A stretch of 63,905 nucleotides of DNA, the filler included, from Candidatus Tectimicrobiota bacterium (GTDB lineage: Bacteria > JACPSX01): assembly GCA_016193065.1 (NCBI GenBank). It is 6 parts of 6 records of this genome, joined end to end, with 100 filler letters (N's around TTAATTAATTAA, not from the genome) between each part and the next. Parts side by side here need not be neighbours in the genome. Positions count along the whole stretch, not along the records: positions 1 to 22,529 come from JACPSX010000172.1; 5 more parts are not named here. One strand, written 5' to 3'. Below are positions 1 to 9,223 of this stretch, piece after piece (positions within the stretch are counted from its first letter, which is position 1; each line of letters starts with the position of its first letter). A program made the position numbers and the translations under genes. The notes beneath the pieces were generated by a model. It had not been told where the DNA came from, did no database searches, and saw only the letters and a list, made by a program, of their open reading frames with translations.

Positions 1-486
1 ACGGAGGGGATCCGGCCGGGAGTCATCGCCTGTTCCCATCACCTGGGACGCTGGCGTCTGTCGGATGAAGGGGGGACCGATCGCTGGGCTTCGGCCCTGG
101 TCTCCATTACACGAGAGGAGAGTTCCTGGTTCCTGCGCCAGATCAAAGGGGCGGGGCCCTTCCCGAGCGAGGATCCGGATTCGCAGCGGATCTGGTGGGA
201 AGAGGCCGGCGTGCACCAGAATCTCACCTTCGCCGTGCAGCCCGACCCGGTAAGCGGCCAGCACTGCTGGCACCAGAAGGTGCGTGTGGAGCGAGCTCGA
301 TCGGAAGACCGCTACGGCGATGTGCGCGTCGACACGAAGCGGGCTTTTGAAGTCTACAAACGCTGGCTCGCGATGACCCGGCCCGCCCCCGGACCCGGGA
401 ACCTGCGCCGTCCCCTTTGGCTGTTGCGCCCCCTGAAGCCCACGCCGGAGGCTTACTGTTGCAAAACAGCCCGGACGGGAGACTAA
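1..486 (+). CDS. Molybdopterin oxidoreductase, C-terminal dinucleotide-binding domain (5' partial)
   Basis: Frame open from base 1 (TEGIRPGVIACSHHLGRW...HQNLTFAVQPDPVSGQHCWHQKV), typical of Mo-bisPGD enzyme C-termini. Confidence 0.8.
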   Translation, partial: TEGIRPGVIACSHHLGRWRLSDEGGTDRWASALVSITREESSWFLRQIKGAGPFPSEDPDSQRIWWEEAGVHQNLTFAVQPDPVSGQHCWHQKVRVERARSEDRYGDVRVDTKRAFEVYKRWLAMTRPAPGPGNLRRPLWLLRPLKPTPEAYCCKTARTGD

Positions 487-591
487 TTAGCGCACTTCGC
501 CCGCCGCAAGGGCGGCGGTTGGTTGGGCGCGGGGGCCGCACGCCTGACAGGACGCCAGTGGGCCGGATCCAAATCTGATAGCGAGGCTGAT

Positions 592-1800
592 ATGAGAACC
601 GACTACGCCTTCGAGATGTCCGCGGCCAACCTGCGGTTCGGCGCGGGCGCCACCCGTGAGGTCGGGATGGACCTGGCCGAGCTGGGCGTCCGCCGAGTCA
701 TGGTCCTCACCGACCCGAATCTGAAGGACCTTCCCCCGGTGCACACGGTGCGCGAGTCGCTCCGACGGGAGAAGATCGATCAGGCCCTGTTCGACGGCGT
801 CCGTGTCGAGCCCACCGACGTGTCGTTCAAGCAGGCGGTCGACTTCGCCGTTGAGGGCGGGTTCGATGCCTTCGTGGCCGTGGGCGGCGGCTCCACGATC
901 GATACAGCGAAGGCCGCGAACCTCTACAGCACCTATCCCGACGACTTCCTGGTCTATGTGAACGCCCCCATCGGTGCGGCGAGGCCGGTGCCGGGGCCGC
1001 TCAAGCCCCTGATCGCGGTCCCTACCACGGCCGGCACGGGCAGCGAGACTACGGGCGTGGCCATCTTCGATCTCTCGGATCAGCACGTCAAGACCGGCAT
1101 CGCGCATCGGCGGCTGAAACCGACCCTCGGCATCGTCGACCCGGAGAACACCCGCATCATGCCCCCGATCGTGGCGACCTGCACGGGGCTGGACGTCCTC
1201 TGCCACGCGCTTGAGTCCTACACGGCCATCCCCTATGTCCGGCGGCCACTTCCGGAGCGTCCGATCCTTCGGCCCGCCTACCAGGGCTCGAATCCGATCA
1301 GCGACATCTGGGCGCTGAAGGCCGTCGAACTGGCGTCGAAACACCTCATTCGCGCCGTTGCGGATCCCGGCGACGACGAGGCCCGAAGCGCCATGCTGCT
1401 CGCCTCGAGTATGGCCGGAATGGGCTTCGGCAGCGCCGGCGTGCATCTCTGCCATGGAATGTCCTATCCGGTTTCGGGCATGGTTCGCGACTTCAAACCG
1501 AAGGGCTTTGTCTCCGACCACCCGATCGTGCCGCACGGACTGTCGGTCTTTCTTACCGCGCCCGCCAAGGTTCGCGATCCCGAGACACAGGCAGGACCCC
1601 TGCTGGCGGACCGTCTCGTGGCACTGATGAAGCAGCTTGAGCTGCCCAACGGCCTCAACGCGATCGGCTACACGGAAGATGACATCCCGGCCCTGGTCAC
1701 GGGCACGCTGCCGCAGCAGCGGATCACCAAGCTGTCGCCGCGGCCGGCAGGAAGGGATGAACTGGCCGCGCTGTTCAGGCATTCGATGCGCGCCTGGTGA
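592..1800 (+). CDS. Hydroxyacid-oxoacid transhydrogenase (iron-containing ADH family, ADHFE1-like)
   Basis: GGGSTIDTAK, PTTAGTGSE, GLDVLCHALESYT and GVHLCHGMSYP motifs; ATG 592 follows GAGG. Confidence 0.9.
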   Translation: MRTDYAFEMSAANLRFGAGATREVGMDLAELGVRRVMVLTDPNLKDLPPVHTVRESLRREKIDQALFDGVRVEPTDVSFKQAVDFAVEGGFDAFVAVGGGSTIDTAKAANLYSTYPDDFLVYVNAPIGAARPVPGPLKPLIAVPTTAGTGSETTGVAIFDLSDQHVKTGIAHRRLKPTLGIVDPENTRIMPPIVATCTGLDVLCHALESYTAIPYVRRPLPERPILRPAYQGSNPISDIWALKAVELASKHLIRAVADPGDDEARSAMLLASSMAGMGFGSAGVHLCHGMSYPVSGMVRDFKPKGFVSDHPIVPHGLSVFLTAPAKVRDPETQAGPLLADRLVALMKQLELPNGLNAIGYTEDDIPALVTGTLPQQRITKLSPRPAGRDELAALFRHSMRAW

Positions 1801-1861
1801 CCTTTCGCGGCTTCGGACTATGAACTTTTCTGTGGGGTGCGGCGCAACCTGGCTGTGTTGC

Positions 1862-2386
1862 TCAAGGCCCAGTGTCTGGTGGGGGCTTGGAAATGTTCTT
1901 GAGATAAGGAATCAGCCCATCCGAAGAAATGATATCGAGAAGGAATTCCGGTATCGGTATTCCTTGATGTGCTTTTCCGGAATTCAAATTCTCAATTTTG
2001 CCATTGACAAGATCTATTTCTAGCTCATCTCCTTCATTCACCCCAGCGCTTATTCCCCGGCACTCTATGAGAGGAAGGCCGACATTGATCGCGTTCCGAT
2101 AAAATATTCTCGCGAAGAATTCCGCGAGTATCACGTTCACATTTGCTGCCTTTAAAGCCACCGGCGCCCACTCTCTCGCTGAACCTCCCCCGAAATTCTT
2201 TCCTGCCACAATACAACCGCCGCCTGACAGCTTTTGCAGAAAAGCGGGGTCATAATCTCTTAAGGCGATTTTTGCCAACTCCTCAGGCTTCGTTGAAGTC
2301 ACGTATTTGCTTGAAGTAATCGAATCCGTGGTCACATTATCTCCGTATTTCGCCCTTACCACGCTCCTTATGGCTAAGAGACCCAT
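1862..2386 (-). CDS. 3-isopropylmalate dehydratase/homoaconitase-type small subunit (LeuD/DmdB family)
   Basis: GDNVTTDSI, AGKNFGGGSARE, FARIFYRNAINVG motifs. Confidence 0.9.
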   Translation of the reverse strand: MGLLAIRSVVRAKYGDNVTTDSITSSKYVTSTKPEELAKIALRDYDPAFLQKLSGGGCIVAGKNFGGGSAREWAPVALKAANVNVILAEFFARIFYRNAINVGLPLIECRGISAGVNEGDELEIDLVNGKIENLNSGKAHQGIPIPEFLLDIISSDGLIPYLKNISKPPPDTGP

Positions 2387-2523
2387 GTTTCTCCCTTCTG
2401 CGATTGTGCAAGGCTCTGCCGGAACTATCGCTGATGATCTTTGCCCGCCTCGAGCCTCGGCCGCCGCCGGCCTTTCTCTATAAAGATGGCTTCATCCTAA
2501 TTTCTCTACTATGTGCAAATACT

Positions 2524-3417
2524 CTATGTGCTGCTGACTTGAAGATTGAACTTTTTTTCCAATTCGTTTATCTTTTCAATCCCCATGAGCCCGGATATCT
2601 CGCTAAGGGAAACCATCTTTGAGAGAGACTCCTCTATTGAGCCATTCTCTTTAAATTCTCTCAGCACACTCCTGAAAGCGACAGGGGCAACCTTAAACAG
2701 CACCTGTACAATCGCCATGTTAATTCCCAATTCCTCCAGGCCAGGTCTTGTAAACATCCCCATCTTGGCCGACGGCGGCAGTATGGCTGATGACACCCAT
2801 CCATCAATGCTCCGCCTTATCTCTTTCAATTCATCTATATTTTTCGGAGTTTCAACTGTAATTATATCGGCCCCCGCTTCCCTGTAGATCTTGGCCCGGC
2901 GGATCGCCTCCTCCAAACCGTAAACCGAATTCACATCCGTCCTGGCCTTTATTACCAGCCCTGATTCGGATGCTTCCCGGATAGCCTTAATCTTATAGGC
3001 CATTTCTTCCGCGCTTATGAATTCCTTCCCCCCAAAGTGTCCGCATTTCTTCGGGAATACCTGATCCTCCAGATGGATCCCTGCCGCCCCTGCAATTTCC
3101 AGTTCTTTTACCGTCCTCCAGACATTCAGGGGGTTGCCATAGCCGGTATCTGCGTCGACCATTACGGGAATATCCACACAATTCGCCATATATTTGGTCA
3201 TCATCACCATTTCACTCATCGTGACCAGTCCAACATCAGGCTGCCCTAGTAAGCTCGCCGCAACTCCAAAACCCGTCAACCAGATAGCCTCAAAACCCTC
3301 CTTTTCAACCACCTTCGCGGAAATACCATCATAAGCAGCGACCATAATTAGCATCTGTTTTCTGCTCAATAATTCTCTCAACCTTCTTGCCATTTCGGCC
3401 GATTTTCCCATTTTCAT
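2524..3417 (-). CDS. Isocitrate lyase/PEP mutase family lyase (PrpB/2,3-dimethylmalate lyase-like)
   Basis: DADTGYG, EDQVFPKKCGH, KARTD motifs. Confidence 0.9.
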   Translation of the reverse strand: MKMGKSAEMARRLRELLSRKQMLIMVAAYDGISAKVVEKEGFEAIWLTGFGVAASLLGQPDVGLVTMSEMVMMTKYMANCVDIPVMVDADTGYGNPLNVWRTVKELEIAGAAGIHLEDQVFPKKCGHFGGKEFISAEEMAYKIKAIREASESGLVIKARTDVNSVYGLEEAIRRAKIYREAGADIITVETPKNIDELKEIRRSIDGWVSSAILPPSAKMGMFTRPGLEELGINMAIVQVLFKVAPVAFRSVLREFKENGSIEESLSKMVSLSEISGLMGIEKINELEKKFNLQVSST

Positions 3418-3442
3418 TCCTCCTGTTGGTAGAGGGCGCCGG

Positions 3443-4441
3443 CTAGTTTCTAAGACCCAACTCTTTCTGGGCCATTTCCAGGTACTTCAGATTAATAAAT
3501 TTCCGATAATCCGGAAATGGCGAGGAGATCAAGCCTGCCATTTCCATGAGCACCATCACCTGTTTCATCCCTTCTGGACTTATTTCTCCATCTTGAGAGA
3601 GTGAGCCTAATTTATTCAGATAATCCAATATACGGCCTCCGATTTCCCGCTCCATCGATTCTCTTTTGACTAGGATGTCGATGGCCTTCTCTCTATTCGC
3701 ATTTCCTACCAACCATCGATTGGCTCTTATCATTGCCTTCACATATCCGGTTACAGCATTGGGATTTGCAGCCGCATAATCCGTATTCACGCCAACAACC
3801 AACTGATAGACATCTTTTCCATACTCCCCGATGCCAGCGAGTTTCAAAAAGCCCTCGTCCATTGCCTTAAATCCAGCCGTTGGCGATAGAATGGCCGCAT
3901 CAATCCTACCGGCCTTTAATCCCAGGTATCGTTCTCTTGTGGATCCGACCGTAAGCATAGTGTAATCAGTCTTCGCCAAGCCTTCTTCTTTTAAAATCGC
4001 TTCTGCGATTGTCGTGCTACCCCCGGGGCCTCCCGTGCCGATCATAGCCCCTTTTAGGTCCTTAACGGACCGATACTTTGGTAGCGCGACTAGACTTGAA
4101 GCGTCGTTCTTGATTACGACGGATACGATCGCGATCTTTGCTCCTTGCTTAGCTGCCAATATGGCGGCATCAGGAGCGGGGATGGCAATCGGTGTGGAAT
4201 TTGCGACCACGGATTGGACTGTCACGGAACTTCTCCTGAGTTCTGTAAATTCGACGGCTAGCCCCGCTTCGGAAAAATAACCGTTTTCCAGGGCAACCAA
4301 AATTGGCCAGGAGAGCGTGCCGAGAATTTGTGTACTGCTGGCGAGCCTTGTCGCGGCGAGTGATTTGGAACTACTCAGGAGAAACAAAGAAACGAGAGTA
4401 AGTAGGACCGTTAGTACCTTCTTAAGCGTACCGGGTTTCAT
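3443..4441 (-). CDS. ABC-type substrate-binding protein, NMT1/THI5/SsuA-like
   Basis: Signal peptide, GYFSEAGL, SVKDLKG, GRIDAA motifs. Confidence 0.85.
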   Translation of the reverse strand: MKPGTLKKVLTVLLTLVSLFLLSSSKSLAATRLASSTQILGTLSWPILVALENGYFSEAGLAVEFTELRRSSVTVQSVVANSTPIAIPAPDAAILAAKQGAKIAIVSVVIKNDASSLVALPKYRSVKDLKGAMIGTGGPGGSTTIAEAILKEEGLAKTDYTMLTVGSTRERYLGLKAGRIDAAILSPTAGFKAMDEGFLKLAGIGEYGKDVYQLVVGVNTDYAAANPNAVTGYVKAMIRANRWLVGNANREKAIDILVKRESMEREIGGRILDYLNKLGSLSQDGEISPEGMKQVMVLMEMAGLISSPFPDYRKFINLKYLEMAQKELGLRN

Positions 4442-4457
4442 TCGGATCCCTCCCCTT

Positions 4458-5717
4458 TCACTCCCCGAGGAATTTTCTCGGATCTGTCATCTCCCCGCTC
4501 GCCGCGGACGCCGCAACCGTAGCCGCCGAGCCGAGATAAATCTGTGCCGATGGACTCCCCATCCTTCCCCGAAAATTTCTCGATCCACTACTGATGCAGA
4601 CTTCCCCATCCCCCAATACACCCATATGTCCTCCACCACAGGGTCCACAACTGGAGTTGCATAGGATCGCCCCAGCTTCTAAGAACGTATCAATAATCCC
4701 TTCCTTTATCGCGTTCTGGTAAATTTCTACAGAGCCGGGGAAAATTAGAAACCGCGTATCCTTTGGGATGGTTCTCCCTTTCAATATCTTCGCCGCGATT
4801 CGTAGGTCTTCCATTCTCCCATTCGTGCACGTGCCTAGAAACGCCTGATCAACGTGTATCCCTTCTACCTCTGATATCGGCTTTACATTGTCCGGGCTAT
4901 GAGGACAGGCAACCAGAGGAGTCAATTGCGAGGCGTCAATGTGGAGTGTTTGACTGTACTTGGCATCATCATCACTGCGCACAACGGTGAAGGGCATTCT
5001 TGATTTCTCCCGCACATAATCGGTCATTTTGTCATCGGGCTCGATAATCCCGTTTTTGGCTCCAGCTTCCACGGACATATTGGCTAGCGTTATACGACCA
5101 TCAATGGTTAATTCCCCGATCGCCGTACCCGCAAATTCCAAGGCTTTATAGGTAGCGCCGTCAACCCCCAGCTCCTTGAGTATCGATAACATGATATCCT
5201 TGCCAAAGATTGAAGAGTTGAATTTGCCATCAATTCTCACAAGAATTGTCTCCGGGACTCTGAACCAAAGGGTCCCTTTTGCCAATACATAAACCATTTC
5301 CGTCGCGCCAATTCCGATTGCAACCGCACCAAAAGCGCCATGGGTTACAGTGTGGGATTCCACCCCCACGATTAATTCTCCTGGTCTTATATGGCCAGTC
5401 TCGGGCAGAACCACGTGCATGATTCCTCTATGAGGATAGAAATACTTAATCCCACAGTCCTTGACAAATTGATTTGTCTCTTTGACATTATCAGCTTTCC
5501 ATGTTGCGCTTGGCGGCGAGAAATGGTCTATGACGACAACAACGCGCTCCACATCCCATATCCCGGCGCCGACTTCTTTCAGCCCCCTATAGATTGAGGG
5601 CGTGGTAATTTCCTGCATTAAGGCCAGATCAATATTTGCATCTATGATGTCGCCGGCCCTAACAGACTCTCTCCCCGATGCCCTGGCAAAAATCTTTTCT
5701 GTGATGGTCATTCCCAT
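4458..5717 (-). CDS. 3-isopropylmalate dehydratase/homoaconitase-type large subunit (LeuC/DmdA family)
   Basis: MGMTITEKI start, GTCTNGR, CGPCGG [4Fe-4S] ligands, RNFRGRMG. Confidence 0.92.
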   Translation of the reverse strand: MGMTITEKIFARASGRESVRAGDIIDANIDLALMQEITTPSIYRGLKEVGAGIWDVERVVVVIDHFSPPSATWKADNVKETNQFVKDCGIKYFYPHRGIMHVVLPETGHIRPGELIVGVESHTVTHGAFGAVAIGIGATEMVYVLAKGTLWFRVPETILVRIDGKFNSSIFGKDIMLSILKELGVDGATYKALEFAGTAIGELTIDGRITLANMSVEAGAKNGIIEPDDKMTDYVREKSRMPFTVVRSDDDAKYSQTLHIDASQLTPLVACPHSPDNVKPISEVEGIHVDQAFLGTCTNGRMEDLRIAAKILKGRTIPKDTRFLIFPGSVEIYQNAIKEGIIDTFLEAGAILCNSSCGPCGGGHMGVLGDGEVCISSGSRNFRGRMGSPSAQIYLGSAATVAASAASGEMTDPRKFLGE

Positions 5718-6521
5718 TTCATTCTTCCTTCATGTGGATCTCAGACCGCTTCATAATGCTGCTAGCCCGCTTACTGTCCCTTATGGTACTGGGAGAATTC
5801 CCCGTGGAGGCTAGCAGTTGACTCTCCAAACCTCTCCGCTTTGGATGCCGCCGCCGGACTAAGAAATGCCAAATCCACTCTAGGAAGACCTCCGCAGAGT
5901 GTCTTTACTGGATCGGAATTTCTAGACCTGGATGTTCTGGGAAAATCGCCTTCAATTGTTGAGGTTTTTATAGGATTGTCACAATAATTCGTTTGGGCCA
6001 TTTTACTGGTTAAATTGCACTACCGTTTTTCCTCTCATGCTTCTCTAATAGGGTGTTTTGCTTGCTGACGCGATAACCCTTTTCCGGCTATCTCCTCAGT
6101 ATCACGCACTGAACGCATATAGGCGCTTGTCAACGCCCCTCTGTCTCGCTTAAAATCTTCGCGCAGCGGCTTTTGGGAAGAATGACAACTCCAATGAGTG
6201 ACAAGACCCTGCAAGCGCACGGCCTAGAGCCGCGCCGGTCGCCAGAGCCGTCGCGAATCTTTGTGTGGAGCGTGCAGAGGGGATGCCAAGAGACAACAAA
6301 GCGAAACCTCGCCCGGAGGACCGCAGAAGCCATGGACCGAAAGGGCACTGCGACGGTATGGCATGGCCGGAGGACGACAACTGCGGTGTGAGGAGCAGTG
6401 ACGATGGGTGAAATTCCGGCTCATTCCCACTTCGAAGCAATCAGGGCAGTGCGTCCCGTTCGGGTGCTCCCCGACTTGTTCAGGAGCCTATCAGGAAACA
6501 GCGGTTGAGGGAGGAAACTCC

Positions 6522-7409
6522 ATGAGGAGGTTCTTGATTCTCTTTTGCTTGTTGAGCGCGCTGGCACTGACGGCCCCTCCGGTGGAAACGCAAATGCGCG
6601 GGGGGAAGGGGTTCAAGGGCGAGGGTATGGGTGGCGGAACGATGGGTGGTGGCCCGTCCGAGAGCACGGGATCGGGACTCCGCCTGCCGCCCGAGATCGT
6701 CGGCGCCTTCGCTCCGAGAGGGGCCACGATGGAGCACATGAAGGCAAAGGGGTTTTTTGCCACCGGGCTGGAACCCGTCTACCCCAAGGAGGCAAAGTGC
6801 CTCGAGGTTGAGTCAACCTTCGGATCCTGGACTCGGAGCGACGGCAGCTATCGCTCGCGCCAGTTCTATTTCGGTTATCACGGCGGCATGGACATTCCGG
6901 CCCCTGAAGGCACTCCGATCCTGGCCGTCGCCGCTGGCACGGTCGTCCACAAGTTCGTGGGTACAGGAATCGGAGGGATCGGAGTGGTCCTGCAGCATGC
7001 GCCCCAAGATACCGGCCTGCCGTCCTGGACCTATACGGAATACAAACATCTCCGCGAGATGGCGGACGTGAAAATCGGCCAGCGGGTGGAGATGGGCGAG
7101 GTCATCGCCCACGCCGGCGACACCGGTACTAGGGGAGGGCACTACGGCGAGGCGGGATTCTCGCATTTGCATCTGTCGGCGTACTTCAGCTTACAGAAAG
7201 ACTTCATAACCGCGCTGTTCTTCGCGCCCGTCGATGGCCAGTGGCTGGATCCCCTGGCCCTGTTCCGGGGACCGCCCTTGAGCTCCGCGGAGATCCACGA
7301 TCTCCCCGGTGACCGGAAGAGAGTCCGGTTCGCCTACAAGACCAGCGACGGAAAGGTGGTGCCGGAAGGAGCCAAGCTCATTTGGCCTTTTGCCTGCAAA
7401 CCCCGCTGA
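6522..7409 (+). CDS. Secreted M23 family metallopeptidase
   Basis: Signal peptide, HGGMD (HxxxD) and HLH motifs; GGAGG RBS. Confidence 0.85.
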   Translation: MRRFLILFCLLSALALTAPPVETQMRGGKGFKGEGMGGGTMGGGPSESTGSGLRLPPEIVGAFAPRGATMEHMKAKGFFATGLEPVYPKEAKCLEVESTFGSWTRSDGSYRSRQFYFGYHGGMDIPAPEGTPILAVAAGTVVHKFVGTGIGGIGVVLQHAPQDTGLPSWTYTEYKHLREMADVKIGQRVEMGEVIAHAGDTGTRGGHYGEAGFSHLHLSAYFSLQKDFITALFFAPVDGQWLDPLALFRGPPLSSAEIHDLPGDRKRVRFAYKTSDGKVVPEGAKLIWPFACKPR

Positions 7410-7526
7410 CCCCGACCGTCGAATGGCAAAGCGGGGGTTCGGTTCCGAAATTTCCGGCGGGAGCTGCCCATCGACTGGTTTGTGGAATCCGTCAACCCCT
7501 GAGATTTTTTGCAGAGGTGAGCCCTG

Positions 7527-8723
7527 GTGAAATGGCGCGCCCTGGTCCTGTGCAGTCTCGCCTTTTCCGTCTGTCACGCCTACCGCGTGATCCTGTCCGT
7601 CCTCCTGCCTTCTCTCCAGGAGGAGTTCGGGATGAGCTACGCCTCTCTGTCGGTGTTGGCCTCCGCCTACGATTTCGGATTCTTTCTGACCCTCATCGCC
7701 GGAGGATATGCGGCGGGCCGCCTGGGCCGAAAGCGCGCCGTATGCAGCGGGCTTGCTTTGATCGGCCTGAGCAGTCTTGCTTCGGCGCTGGCGGCGCCCG
7801 GCCCTTTCTGGCTCATGGTTTATCGGGTGATCGGCGGCCTGGGGTTCAGTCTCTATTTCCCCGCGGGGTGGTCTCTTCTGGCGGGCGTCTTCCCTCAGCA
7901 GGAGCGGGGCAGAGCCTTCGGGATCCACACTTCCGGCTCGGCCGTCGGTCGGGTCTACGGCCCCCTGCTCGTGGGAGCCCTCATCGGCTGGGGGAGCTGG
8001 AGGCTACCCTTCGGGAGTTTCGGCTTTTTCAGCCTGGCGGCGGCCTTGCTGCTCCTCTGGGGACTGCGGGGATTCGAGGACTCCCGGGAGAGATCCGCTG
8101 TCCCATTCGGCAACGTGTTCAATTTGCTTTCCCGGAAGGCTTTCCTTGTGCCCTGTATTCTCAATGGCCTGGCGATGATCTACTTCATGGGCACGGTGAA
8201 TTTCTATCCTCTGTTTCTCTCCCGGCAAATGGCGTTGTCCGGATCAGCCGTTTCCTGGCTCGTCTCCCTCATCTCAGTGGTGAGCCTGTTCACCAACCCG
8301 CTGGTCGGGCACCTCTCCGACAAGGTGGGGCGCCGTCGTTTGATCCCGCCGGCTCTGTTCTTCGGCGGTCTCGTCGCCCTGTCCCTGCCATGGTACGGGA
8401 AGCAAGTTTCCCCGCTGGTTTATTCGGGTCTCATCGGGCTCTCGCTCTCCGCCAATTTTTCTCTGGTGATCACCTACTTGACCGAAGTGGACCCCCAATT
8501 TGGTCATCCGCTGGCCATCGGAGTGTATAACACGATTGCGATCGGCAGCGGGTTGATCATCAACGTGATCTTCGGGGTCGTGGCCGATTTCTTCGGTCTC
8601 AACGCCGTCTTCCTCGTGATGGCTCACCTGCTGCTGGCGGGAAGCGGGGCGGCCGCCCTTCTCTTGAAGGCCCCCGCGCTTCCTCAACCGGCGGCCGATT
8701 CTCTCGGAAACGCCGGAGGTTAA
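7527..8723 (+). CDS. MFS transporter
   Basis: About 12 hydrophobic segments; GRLGRK and GHLSDKVGRR MFS loop motifs. Confidence 0.9.
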   Translation: MKWRALVLCSLAFSVCHAYRVILSVLLPSLQEEFGMSYASLSVLASAYDFGFFLTLIAGGYAAGRLGRKRAVCSGLALIGLSSLASALAAPGPFWLMVYRVIGGLGFSLYFPAGWSLLAGVFPQQERGRAFGIHTSGSAVGRVYGPLLVGALIGWGSWRLPFGSFGFFSLAAALLLLWGLRGFEDSRERSAVPFGNVFNLLSRKAFLVPCILNGLAMIYFMGTVNFYPLFLSRQMALSGSAVSWLVSLISVVSLFTNPLVGHLSDKVGRRRLIPPALFFGGLVALSLPWYGKQVSPLVYSGLIGLSLSANFSLVITYLTEVDPQFGHPLAIGVYNTIAIGSGLIINVIFGVVADFFGLNAVFLVMAHLLLAGSGAAALLLKAPALPQPAADSLGNAGG

Positions 8724-8860
8724 ATTCCCCCGGCGTCTTCTGCGGTTCCTTTCGTCGTAACGCAAGAGTATAATGGCGCCAAATCATCCTCAGATGAGAT
8801 GGTATGGGGACCTGTTAGTCTTTCTCCACCAGGAGAATTCCATTTCTCCCTCGCCCCTGG

Positions 8861-9022
8861 GAGACTGTGTCGCAATCCACCGTTCGCCCTTCGACCGCGG
8901 GTACCCGCGAAGCGGGTACGGTTTCCAGGTGAGGACGAACGGGTGAGTGGTTGGATTTCCGTGTGTCGTCGTCCGTTCGTGGTGAGCCTGTCGAACCATG
9001 AACGGACTTATGACACAGTCTC
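8861..9022. mobile_element. MITE-like element (family C) inserted into a REP-like hairpin
   Basis: TIR GAGACTGTGTC/GACACAGTCTC, flanking TGG duplication; second copy at 57739-57893. Confidence 0.8.
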
Positions 9023-9223
9023 TGGGGGGAGAGGGCAAGGGTGAGAGGGGGGTCCTATGAGCCGCGGAAAGGGGCGCTAGGGACCGTGGCACTCCTCCGT
9101 GGTGGGAGAGGAATCGATGCATGATTACGGTGAGTGCCACACCTGCGGTGAGTGGATGAAGGAGAGACGCATCAAGCAGGACTTCTGGATCAAAGGCAAA
9201 CTCATTGTCATTGAGGGCTCGAA

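Noticed and set aside
487-1782. Long antisense ORFs opposite recognised genes (also 17147-18367, 30196-31110, 39355-40320, 51425-52933)
   Set aside because: Shadow ORFs of high-GC coding strands with no motifs.
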